From assembly GCA_000182565.2 (NCBI GenBank), contig KQ257459.1: a stretch of 64,000 nucleotides of DNA; one strand, given 5' to 3'. This DNA comes from Spizellomyces punctatus DAOM BR117. Taxonomy: Eukaryota. This document shows positions 38,402-49,455 of the stretch, piece after piece. The notes under the pieces were generated by a model. The model was not told the origin of the DNA. It saw nothing but the letters and a program-made list of their open reading frames with translations, and did no database searches. Numbering within the stretch: the first letter of the stretch is position 1; each line of letters opens with the position of its first letter. A program made the translations under genes and the position numbers.

Positions 38402-40393
38402 TTACTGTGGAATCACCGCGACTTTCTCGACGACGACAGGTTCCACAACGGGCACCGGTTCTATGACCGCGACAGTTTCCACTTTGGCTGCAGGAGTGCG
38501 CTGAGAATCAATAGACTTTTCGGCTTGCTTGGCTGCCCGATTGACTTGTTCTTCCACAGCGATGTCAGCCGCCTTCTCTTGAACGGCCTGCGCGGCGTCG
38601 CTTGTTTTCTCAGCTACGTATTGAGCGCCTTCGCTGGCCTTCACTTGTGTGTAACCGACAGCTTGGCTTGCCACCCCCTTCACTGTGCCGACGGCGACAG
38701 CGGCTGTGTCCACAACAGTGTGAGCAACAGTTTCTAGAGAGTGTTCAACCGTAGTAACAATAGACGCTGCTGTGTTGTATGCCGTAGATGCAACATTAAC
38801 CACCTTTTCCTCTACAGCGTGAAGGGTTGAGGCGACAGTGTCGCGAGTTGCATTGTACGCTTGAGAAGCCTTGTCAGTTGCAAGGGTAATCGATTCTCGG
38901 GCAAGCGTCTCGGCGTTCTCGCCAACGCTTACAGCGGTATCCTTTGCATCGATTGCCTTGTCACGCCCAGCAGCGACAACGTTTTCTACTATGGTTGCGG
39001 CCTGTCCGAGGACGTTGGCAGCTGCATTGTAACCCTTCTTTTCGCCCTCGCCAACCTCGCGGGAGATGTTCGCAGCCGTGCTCCTTGCGCCTTCATAAAC
39101 CTGACCTGCCTTCTCCTGAGCTACGTTTGCAGTTGTGGCAGCTGTGTTCTTTGCAGCCTCGTATGCTTGGCCAGTCTTTGCTGAAACGACATTGGCAGTG
39201 TTGATCGTCGTGTCTTTTGCAGCTTCGTACGCTCTCTCCCCGATCTGTTGCGCAGATCCGATGGCGTTGGCGGTGGTTTCCTGCGCCTTCGCAGACGCTT
39301 GGCTAGCAATGTCTCGTCCAGTCTCGTAAGTTTCAGTTGCCTTATTCTTTGCAATGTCGTATGTCTCCGCTGCCTTCTGTTGAGCCGCGTTTGCATAGGA
39401 CTTGGCGACATCGGCAGTTTGAGCCGCGGTGTCAGCGACAGTCTCATAGGCTTTGTTTGCTGTTTCTTTTGTGACATCATAGGTTTCTGCGGCCTTGTCC
39501 TTTGCCACGTCGTAGGTCTCTCGCGCCTTTTGTTGGGCGGCAGTTCCGTACGATTTGGCAACGTCAGCAGTTTTGTTTGCGGTGTCAGCGGCGGTGTCGT
39601 ATGCCTTATTGGCGGTGTTAGCGGCGGTTGCGTATGCCGTGTTCGCCGTATCTTTTGCTACTTCGTATGTTTCTGCGGCCTTGTCCTTTGCCACATCGTA
39701 AGTTTCTCGGGCCTTTTGTTGTGCAGCGTTTCCGTACGATTTGGCAACGTTTGCAGTCTGGTTCGCCGTTTCAGCCGCGGTGTCGTATGCCTTGTTTGCT
39801 GTGTCTTTTGCCACGTCGTATGTTTCTCCGGCTTTCCGTTGCGCTGCGTTTGCGTAAGATTTTGTAGCTTCTGCTGTTTTGTTTGCGGTGTCAGCAGCGG
39901 TGTCGTATGCCTTGTTCGCGGTATCTTTTGCTGCATCGTACGTGTCTGCGGCCTTGTCCTTTGCGACATCGTACGTCTCTCCGGCCTTTCGTTGGGCTAC
40001 ATCCGCGTAGGACTTTGTTTGATCGACAACTTCATTTCCAGCAGCCTTTGCCGCATTGTAAGATTCGGAAGCCTTCTTATCCGCATTGCTAGTTAGATTA
40101 TTAACAGATCGCTTTGCTCGCAAGTACGCTTCTTCTGCCTGTGCTGCTGTATCGTTGGTTGCGGCACCGTCTGCCACATCTCGGCGATGAGAAGGAACTG
40201 CGCTTGGAGGAACGGCATGCAGCGGTACCGTATCATTGTAGATTGCAGCTCCTTGAGGAACTACGGGCGTGGCGATGACATGGACGGGCTTTCCGGTTTC
40301 TGCGGCGGCTTCCCGAGCAATGTGCGTTGCCTCCTTAAGTTTTCCAGAGGCATCGAGGTAACGGTTTTGCACGTTTTGATTGGCACTTTGCAT
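38402..40393 (-). CDS. LEA group 3-like / perilipin-like 11-mer repeat protein (intronless, 663 aa)
   Basis: Rich in A/T/K/E/D and lacking Cys and Trp. Tandem 11-mers such as AAETYDVAKDK and ANKAYDTAADT. Confidence 0.85.
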   Translation of the reverse strand: MQSANQNVQNRYLDASGKLKEATHIAREAAAETGKPVHVIATPVVPQGAAIYNDTVPLHAVPPSAVPSHRRDVADGAATNDTAAQAEEAYLRAKRSVNNLTSNADKKASESYNAAKAAGNEVVDQTKSYADVAQRKAGETYDVAKDKAADTYDAAKDTANKAYDTAADTANKTAEATKSYANAAQRKAGETYDVAKDTANKAYDTAAETANQTANVAKSYGNAAQQKARETYDVAKDKAAETYEVAKDTANTAYATAANTANKAYDTAADTANKTADVAKSYGTAAQQKARETYDVAKDKAAETYDVTKETANKAYETVADTAAQTADVAKSYANAAQQKAAETYDIAKNKATETYETGRDIASQASAKAQETTANAIGSAQQIGERAYEAAKDTTINTANVVSAKTGQAYEAAKNTAATTANVAQEKAGQVYEGARSTAANISREVGEGEKKGYNAAANVLGQAATIVENVVAAGRDKAIDAKDTAVSVGENAETLARESITLATDKASQAYNATRDTVASTLHAVEEKVVNVASTAYNTAASIVTTVEHSLETVAHTVVDTAAVAVGTVKGVASQAVGYTQVKASEGAQYVAEKTSDAAQAVQEKAADIAVEEQVNRAAKQAEKSIDSQRTPAAKVETVAVIEPVPVVEPVVVEKVAVIPQ
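39320..40020 (-). repeat. Coding tandem repeat of 33-bp units interspersed with 21-bp units
   Basis: Recurring DNA words gcggtgtcgtatgcctt, gcggccttgtcctttgc and ccgtacgatttggcaacgt match the protein 11-mers. Confidence 0.9.
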
Positions 40394-41559
40394 TGTAGAT
40401 GAGTTTGTTTGGTATCGGTTGGTGGTAGTTGTGTAAACTGTTGTGTTTGTGTTTGAGTGTGTTGAGAATTAATGGGTTGGGGAAGAGCAGAAGATGCATC
40501 CTTTTTATGTGTTTTCCTTGTAGCGAGGGAGGAATGATGTCAAGATGCGGCAACCGGAGCGGGAAACGGGATGCAAAAACGAAATACCTCATCGCCTCGC
40601 TTCGTTCTTCCTAAAGGGCCTTCGTCTTCACTTTGCTTGCGGGTGACGTCAGCGACCAGCAAGTTCGTTGGCTGTGCCACATACGCGAAGGACCGTGCCA
40701 CCCCTGCCACAACTATCACATGCCTATGCGCGTTTCTGTCCTTTAATTCAAAGCGCGAAGGGCCCAGGGAGGAAGGAAGCCTTCAGTTTGCAATTTGCAG
40801 TTGCTGCCATCTAGACCTGTTCTATTGCCGATGTGCACCCGCCAACAGCGACTCAATGCATGTGCAAAGCGCGTAACTGAATCGGCCCGTCGGGGTTCAA
40901 ACATCATGACGACATTGCCTCATTGTGAATATGGTCTTCATTGCGCGTTCGATGTCGTCTCCATTGCGTTAACCACGTAGATTGCATGTCATAGTTGGTA
41001 GAAATTGTCACTATACTGCATCCAACTACCTTCCCCCACGCTCAATTCTGATCAGGTATAGAATCCTATGCAAAAGTACTTCCCTATTCACGGCGCTACA
41101 ATATTTGATCTGCGCTTGAGCAGCATTGTCCTGCAGATCGTGGCGCCTCTACCTACCTCGTATCAGGTACACACTACTCAGCCCACAATAGTGGTAGAAT
41201 TTAGTTTGTTTGAAATACCCAAAAGCGATGTGTCAGCAACCAGGTGGGCAAGATTTAAACCACAAATATTGATGCATATCTGCAAATCGACAGTAGCTAA
41301 CCAAAACATTAGCCAGAAGTTGCGTGGCCGATCACTCCACCACTGATCAATTGTTGGCCTTGGCAGACGCCTTGATGATACGGAGGAGGAGAATTGAGAT
41401 TTGAAAGAGGTAAAGGAGCCCTTCATAAAAGAATCATAATGCTCAGTAACCTCCTTGGACCCGTCATACTCCTCATCCGTTTGTTTATGTTAATGTGATC
41501 AAGGGCGGTTATGCTGGTTGGCTGTGTGGATGCAATCAACCAAACGTTAATTAATTAAC

Positions 41560-41598
41560 TTTTCACATGCCGAAAACGAACAGTTGAGAGTCACGTGA
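41560..41598 (+). promoter_or_regulatory. E-box cluster upstream of the bHLH gene: ICRE/UAS-INO match TTTTCACATGC (41560-41570) and palindrome TCACGTGA (41591-41598)
   Basis: Direct sequence match to the yeast WYTTCAYRTG consensus and to CACGTG, 250-290 bp upstream of ATG 41850. Function is inferred. Confidence 0.4.
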
Positions 41599-41849
41599 TG
41601 CTTATGTCCACACAGGGGGCTCTGCGTGACCATCTCGCTTCCCCTTGCGTTTCCCCCCCCCCCCTCCCCCTGTCGTCGTCGCTGTCCTCGCCGTCGTCAT
41701 TGCCCCCATCGTCGTCAAAGTCATTTTTGTGTGGAGAGCTCAATTGGCGTAGTTTTTTTGCTACGGGCAGTTGCTGTCGGCTATGCACGTATCCGCAAAC
41801 GGCAATTGGAACTATACCAGAGAACGCTCCGCTGATTTTCAGCAACTAA

Positions 41850-43670
41850 ATGACAGAAGCAACCACATACATGAACAACTCATCCTATCAACTGGGAACA
41901 GGTAACTTGTTCATTTTGCGCTCCGTGATCAAGTATAAGGATTCTCATTCAAATTGTAGATGAGACGTTCTTTTACGGTTTCGAAGACGGACTGGGTGCT
42001 CACTTACTGTCAGAATCTGAGCAAAAACAATTCGCCGACTTTCTAAATCAACTGAGTTCAGACTCAGCGTCAGCAGCTAGTGTATTGACATATCAACAGC
42101 TCCCGTCTGCAGCAAACTACTCGGGTGGTTCCTTTACAGATCCTTCCCTACCTCTTGCGCTCCCAACAGCCAACGCTACTCCTACGCCTGCCTTTCCTCA
42201 GCAGGTGTCCGCAGGTCGGTGGACAACACAGCCCATCCCCACACAGAACCTTGGACATTTTGCTCAGAATGGCCAATTGGTGTCAGCAGTTCCGTATCTC
42301 TCGAATGACCGAATGTCAATCGTAATTCCAACAAGCACTCCACAAGACCGTCAGTCGAAGCCCGCACACTTTCAGCGAAATCTCTCCCAGCATCACTCTC
42401 CATCCCCTCAGAAACCGACTCCGTCATCTGCAGTCAGTAGTTCATCCCACGCCATTTATTCGCAGGACGAGAATCCGCCATCATCATCAGCAAGACGGTT
42501 TTCTCACGTATCGTCAGGAGGATATCCAATACTTGATACTTCCCGACGAGTCTCTAGCGTTAGGTCGGGAACATTGTCGACGACTCCGAATCAAGGGATG
42601 CAGGTACCCTTCCATGCTTCGTCATCGGCTCCTGCTTCTTCTCTGCATCAAAATCATACAGCTGGACCGAAATCGGTTCATACGAGTTTCTCGTCGCAAC
42701 ATGTCCCTGGTCCTAGTCACAAACAAGAATCCCCTCACCCGAGACGGCATTCTACAGCGGAAGGGGAACATACCTTGGTGCAGCAACCTTCGTCGCAAAC
42801 ATTTCATTTACCGCAGGCTGGCCAATCAGAAGGTCCGTCACAAACAGCACCAGTCGTAAATCAGCGCTCACCGACAGGAGGGTCACAACTTTCCACACCC
42901 ATTCCACCCTTCCCTCCCCCAGCCCGTAAGCGCAAAGCTTCCACGACCGTTGACGCTAGCTCAAAGGTGAACCCAAAGCGAAGAGCGTCAATCATCTCTC
43001 AAGGATCGTCAGGGAGTGCCTCGTCGCAAACTCCTGGCGGAACTGGGACCTTTATCGCAGTGGATCCGGGTAGTAGTGATGCCAAGACCAGAGCGGATGC
43101 AACTAATGCGAAAAAGTCGGGAAAACAGCTGTTGACAGAGGAAGAGAAACGCGCCAATCATATAGAGTCAGAAAAGAAGCGCAGACAAAATATTCGGACG
43201 GGCTTTGATCAGTTGGTCGAGATTGTTCCGACGCTGAGTCAATGCCACAGAAGTGAAGCGTTGATTTTGCAGAAAGGTGAGGAGTCTTGTGTTCGTAAGG
43301 AGTAATAATGTCGTCATCAATGCTGATGCTGGCATTGTTATCAGCTGTGGAATACGTTCAATACTTATTGAGACAGAAATCCGACCTTCAATCGCGGATT
43401 TCCCACATGCGGAACGTATTGGCAGAGCCGGATTATACCCAACCTTACCCGGCATCGCAATATGTTTCAGCGCAAGCATATGCAATTACGGCTGACGAGT
43501 CCTTGCATGGAGGAAGCGGAAGTGCGAGCGGATACGTATTAGGTGTTCCACCACCTACCGGAAATTATTCGAATTCTCAACCGCTTTATCCCATGCCAGT
43601 TCACGCAGTCTCGATGCAACCTTATCCAGCACATCCCAGCAGGCCACCCCCACCAGTTGCAGGCGGATGA
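41850..43670 (+). CDS. bHLH transcription factor, Ino2/Ino4/Mlx-like
   Basis: LLTEEEKRANHIESEKKRRQNIRTGFDQLVEIVP..SEALILQK|AVEYVQYL. N-terminal acidic helix LLSESEQKQFADFLNQL. Two introns. Confidence 0.9.
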
Positions 43671-43905
43671 TCCAGGGCAAGCAAAGCACAATATCTGGTT
43701 GGCATCCACACCGCACGCAACTATACTTTTAATCGCGGTCTGCTGTTGTATGTAATATTTCTTGTGTATCTGAGTAGAATCCTTTGTTTTGTAATGCAAT
43801 TTTGACACTCCTATCTCGTACAATGGAACCCACGAACATATGTTCAATGTCTATCGTACAAATCTAACCGTGCGAATAACCAGATACATGTACAGGACAG
43901 GCCAA

Positions 43906-46114
43906 TTACGCGGCGACTACAGCAATCTCGTGCAAGTACTGACAAGAAAGTCATTAGTTTTGCATTCTATTGGCCATTAATCTCAAAACACTTACAGATG
44001 CCAAAAGTTTGATTCCCTCAATGTAGTTGGTCTTGTCAATTTTTTCGTTGATTGAGTGAGCGCCATCGTCAGCTCGACCCATAGGAAGCAAAAGAACCTG
44101 TAACACGGTGATTAAGACATGCTCCCTTCAGAGTCGACGTAATATACAGCAACGTTGCAATGAGCGCATACGTTTTTGTCCAAGGCTTCCTGGAATGTCA
44201 GAGTTACAGGGATCGATCCGCCTTCACGTGTCAAGTCCGGCTTGACTTTGAAAACATTTTCGATCGCCTTGTTCGCGGCAACTGGATGGAGAAATAGATG
44301 AGGTTCAATACACCAGAGTGCTGCGGGTATCGTAGCAACAAAAGAAACAAACCAAAGTTCCAGTGGTTTGGGTCTGCCACCCACGCCTTGCCGGCATGTC
44401 CACATTCAACCTTGATAGTATTCTTGCTTCCAAGCTTTTCAAACTCTTCTTTGATATATTTCTCAACCAGTTCGGTGATTTTGGCCGGATCCATATTGGG
44501 TACAGACCGGATGGAAAACTTGCCAATAACTTTTGCGGGAATGACTGTTTTAGCGCCAGGAGAATAGAAGGCACCTTCGATACCGTGCAGGGAAAGAGAC
44601 GGGAATCGCCAGCGTGCCATAAGTGTTTCCTTTTCGGTGTTGAAAATGGTTACTTTAGAGTCCATTGCATTTTGGATATCTGAGAGGTTGAAGTCAAGGC
44701 TATCGTAAAGCTTATCCTCAGCCTCAGTGACGGGTGCCACGTCGTCATAAATCCCCGGAACGAGAATCTTTCCGTTGGGTGAAACGAGTTTGGACATGAC
44801 ATGGAAAAGATCTGTCATAGGTTCGTGCACGGTTCCGCCAAAGACACCAGAATGAAGNNNNNNNNNNNNNNNNNNNNNNNNNNNNNNNNNNNNNNNNNNN
44901 NNNNNNNNNNNNNNNNNNNNNNNNNNNNNNNNNNNNNNNNNNNNNNNNNNNNNNNNNAGATATGCCTCGGAGCCCATAGGTGAGGCAAGGTTTGTTGGAA
45001 CCCAGCCAGTCTACACAAAAAAAAAAAAACATTTAACTCTGATGACGGTAACCTGGACAAGATGAAATTCCTTACAGTTGTCACTGATACAGACGCAGTC
45101 CACATCTCCAAAGAACTCGCCCTTGGCTTCCTTGTAAATGAACTCGTCCAAGCCTTCGCTTCCAGACTCTACAGCGGATGTTAGCTTCGCAATATACATT
45201 CCACATTGAAATATTCTACCACATACCTTCCATTCCTTCAAAACACATCTTCAGATTAACTACCGGGACGATAGACAAGGTTTAATAGAATCCCAGGGAC
45301 GAGCCGGTAGAAGCTACAAGCTTACCGGGCATCTCGAGTCCGAGTTTCTGGTGTGCTTCGATGACCCACAACCAAGAGATGACCGGTGCTGTGCTATATA
45401 TTAGCAGAGGAACATTTTTACAGCAACGGCAACAACGTAAACAGACCCTTGTCATCTGTTGATCCGCGCCCGATCAAACGGCCCTTTTCGTCCTCCACCA
45501 ATGTCCAAGGGTCAGTGGCCCATCTGGCAGAAGATCAGAGAGTCAATAACGAGAGTAAACTACTAGAAACTGTAAGTGTGCTTACCCGTCCTCCTTGAAG
45601 GCAGGTTGGACATCGTAATGACCTGATGGGTTAAAAATATTGACCCCGTAAGCAGTAGGTTGAGACGCAATGGCAATAATTCAGTAAGCTACCGTAAACA
45701 AGCACAGTTTTCTTGTTGGGATCGGATCCATATTGCCCGAGAACAATTGGAGGAAGTTCGAGCTCTTTGCCTTCCAATGTTTGTTTCCCCGGATTGTGGA
45801 TGTTGACACTGCCAGGACATGGTAAGATTATGATCAAGAGACGCAACATTGGAATCGAGCTCAACGTGGCTCAAAGATTTTATACCTCGCTCCAAGACGT
45901 TTCAGCTCCGAAACGAGCCACTGAGAACAAGATATCAGCATCAGCCTGTTGATGTGTGCAAAGAATATTATTGTACCTGACCCATCCGGTGGACTTCTGG
46001 TCGTCGTGCGGCTTCACCACTGACACTCGGAATGGCAACTACTTCAGCGAGACGCTCAATGTAGAATTTCTGGTTCTCATCCACATATTTGGAAAGTTTC
46101 TCAAAGGTGGTCAT
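43906..46114 (-). CDS. DUG1: Cys-Gly metallodipeptidase Dug1/CNDP2 (peptidase M20)
   Basis: [70 protein letters not shown] and [10 protein letters not shown]. Interrupted by an N gap. Confidence 0.96.
44858..44957. other. Assembly gap (100 N) inside DUG1
   Basis: Run of exactly 100 N between the codons for LTYGLRGIS and LHSGVFGG. Confidence 1.
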
Positions 46115-46832
46115 CTTTGAACGGTTATTGGTAAGATACAGCGCATAGAGACTGAATGAGACTTGTATACATACATTCTGGATGAGTTCTGGAAGGACGG
46201 TGGTAGTTTTTTGGTCTTGTGGGTTGCGACAGCTTGCAAAAGGCGAGCAGAAAAAAGAGATCATGCCAACAACAACAAGTTCTGCCGGAGGCCCCCCATG
46301 AAGGTCACTGGCTTCCTATGAGTCATCCATGATTTTGGGTCTGCGCGTTCCCCACAAGCCTTTTATGGAAAGCCGCCAACAAGACATTTACAAATGACTG
46401 TTATCGCCACGAGTAATAACAGCGCAAATGGAGAGAATTCAGCACCCGCCATTAGCGGATTGAAAGTGGAAAAGGCAACACAAGACTACTGGAGAATATA
46501 TAAGTCTTGTACATCTTACACGAGAACGAGTAACTGGCTTAGTCTTCTAAGCTATAAACGAAGGACATGGAAGATATATTGGTCCCTGCCCCTCAAGCGC
46601 TATGGCAAGCGTGCAAGGCGTCTATTGATGATTTGACCTAGGTTCGCCCGACAAGACACTGTCATGCTTGTTCATTTTCATGCAAGTCGGTGGAATGTCC
46701 GCCTAGCTCGTGGGCAGGTTGTTTCAAGCCCTGCGACGCGTCCGACTTTTTACGCTGGCTTGAACGCGCTGCCAATCTCAGAAAACCATCCCTAATTTAC
46801 CTTGGAGCACAACCAACGCAACAGTCCCTCAC

Positions 46833-49425
46833 ATGTCAAAAACCGGAGACTTGCGAAATAACCTTCTGAAAACCCAAGCAGAATTACGGCACATTCGGTA
46901 CGCAGGTCCTTTTGATGTATATGGGTACGTACGAGGATCTTTGGTGAGATCAGTTTATTTGTCCATTTTGGGCGGCGGACACATTCACTGAAAAATCGCA
47001 TTCTCTGTTCATGCAGAGCAAGTAAAGGCGATCCTGCTGCATTTCTTCCCGTCATCCACTTTATACTGCTCGATTACTCCCATATCCTCGCCCGTCATTT
47101 TGCAGCAAAGAATTACGAGCTGTATGGCAAAAAAGATGCACGCTTCATGGAGTCCGTCTACCGTCTTCTCAGGGATGAATTTGGATATCGGCCTCAGATA
47201 ACACGAGAACAGTTCTTCTCGATGGGGTTTGCGGAGAGAAAACTCATCTTTGTCGGTGATCTGATTCGATTGTCAAAGACGCTGCACGTAAATCTGGCCA
47301 GAAACATAGCAAAGAAACAAAAAATTGAAGATAGCAAGGAAAATCGAGACGTCGAAGCTCGGAAACGGATGGACATATTCCCCACACATAATCAATCGAA
47401 GCCATCCTCTAGCAGCAAAGAGGGTCTTCATTCGAGCGATAACTTTATAGCTCCACAAGGACTACTTGCAGCGCAATCATACGGGCGGCCTCCACCATCC
47501 CACAAGATCTTGCCAAACAATGTTGCAATTGTTGGAGACCAATACTCCCCAGAAAGAGGATCCGCTTTCCGGCAGTCACGGAATTCAGCGGGGCGGAGTC
47601 CTCGCAAAGGTCATGGCAAGCAACGAGGTAACAATCAAAATTCTGCATTCAGTTCCGTTGAATACTTTGTACTAATCTGTTCTATCGTCTCTTAACAGAC
47701 ATTCCAGAGCCGACCTTACCGTTCCGCAACACCGATGATTCTTATCACCATCAGTACCACGAAGATGATTCACAACTGAACTCAGAAGATCTCACTGGTG
47801 GGGCCACATACAGGATTTTGAAGGACGATCCAGATATTCTCTCTGAAAGAAGATCTCAACTGCAATCGGATACGACCACGCTTGCGACCCGAGAACGACA
47901 GATTGCATTTGAAACTAGTCTTTTGTCCAGTACATCTGTAAACGCCCCTCCACAAGTCCAGCGTCATCACCTGCAATACCAATATACGGGCACGAGAGAG
48001 GATTCGACAGAGCTATCTGTTAAACAAACGGCGGGCACAGGCCGTGGTGAAGGGCTGCGGCAGCCCGAAGGAAGCACGATATATGAACCCGCCGAGCCAC
48101 CCGCCCCCGCAGCTCCTCCTGAAAGTGCTCCTCAATACACAGACACCAGCTATCAATCTCAACAATCATTTCTCAAGATTGCCACGCCTATTCCCAAATC
48201 TGGATTCGATGATACTTTCCTAACAGACGCATCCGCTCGCAGTCTCCACTCGCCAAAATACCTGGATCCTAAAGAGCCACTTCGTCAAGACACTCGCATT
48301 GATGAAGATACTGCGGAAAGGCCACACCAAACCACAGTCGCAATGCCGCAGAGCATGACTATCAGTCAAGACCAGGGTGGCCGTCTTGGGGGACTTTCGT
48401 CAGACTTCCCGTTTCTCACACGATCGTGGGTGGCACCAACAGCACCCCCAGCGAATGCATCTCCAATACAGCCACAAGCCGCCATCCCGCAGCATCTTGA
48501 GGTTCACGCTCTTTTCGATAACTTTATGAGACTATTCGCTGCTAAAGAGGAGGTAAGTATGCTCATGCGCCGCAAACATGGCACAGTAATTATGAAATTT
48601 GAGCTGAATCAATGGTTCAGGAGCTGAGACATCTTCGCAATCGTCTGGAAACCCTGGAGTCAAGCATGGGCTCACAGCTCAAAGAGTTGACGACGCGTGT
48701 CAGCGCCTTAGAAACGCACAATCTCACAAATGGTGTCGAGTCGAAAAGAGCAGTGGTATGTGATCTTAACCTCTACCTTCTGGAAGAGCGCTCACAAGAT
48801 GGCTTCAAAGGAAATGGGCGACACAGTCGGGCATCAGCAACCTCAAGGAAACTCTGCACCTGTGGAGGATGAACGACGGGACCTTCATTCATCGTCAGTC
48901 CATGGGATGGTGAGTATTTTCAAATCCTCTGAAATTCGCAAAGTAATTCATGTGGGAATTGCATCACAGGAAAGGAATGGCTGTAGCGATAAGGCGGTGA
49001 CCGATACTTCAACCACTTCATCTTCACGCCAACAGGTAGGATCAGATAGCAATGATTGGGTATACATGGGACACTTCACGTTATATTGCTAACTTGCGCG
49101 ATGAACCACCAGAGTGTAACTCTGACATCTACGCTAGTCAACAACGGGAGAGCCATAGAAATGCATCAACCCCAAACCGAAGTGCGGTCGGCTCTTTCTC
49201 AGTCAGTGAATGCTCCACCTGTGCATGTGGTATGTCTTCCATCTTCTTCAAATCTGTGCATCGCCGAGTCGCAGCTCAAGTATTTCAATAAATATACAGA
49301 AATCTGCTGAGCAGTACATCCGCAGTATACAAGAGCGCATGCAGCAAACAACACAGTTTTTAAAAGAACGGACGAAGGTTACACCTTTGATGCATGGCGA
49401 TGGCAGACTTGCTCAGATTGGGTGA
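46833..49425 (+). CDS. CEP44: Centrosomal protein of 44 kDa
   Basis: Spliced N-terminus MSKTGDLRNNL..ELRHIRY..KGDPAAFLPVIHFILLDYS..ELYGKKDARFMESVYRLLRDEFGYRPQITREQFFSMGFAERK matches the CEP44 N-terminal domain. A coiled coil (RLETLE..RVSALE) and a C-terminal helix follow. Confidence 0.88.
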
Positions 49426-49455
49426 AGGAAAGCGGCAGTCTTATTTGAAAATGTA

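Noticed and set aside
39248-40096. 282-aa Cys/Val-rich plus-strand ORF
   Set aside because: Antisense shadow of the repetitive LEA-like gene.
41653-41670. Poly-C tract (possible G-quadruplex) and the (CGT)n run at ~4941
   Set aside because: Short simple repeats with no evidence of function.
44858-44957. DUG1 as a disrupted gene or pseudogene
   Set aside because: The break is a 100-N scaffold gap; the flanking exons are intact.
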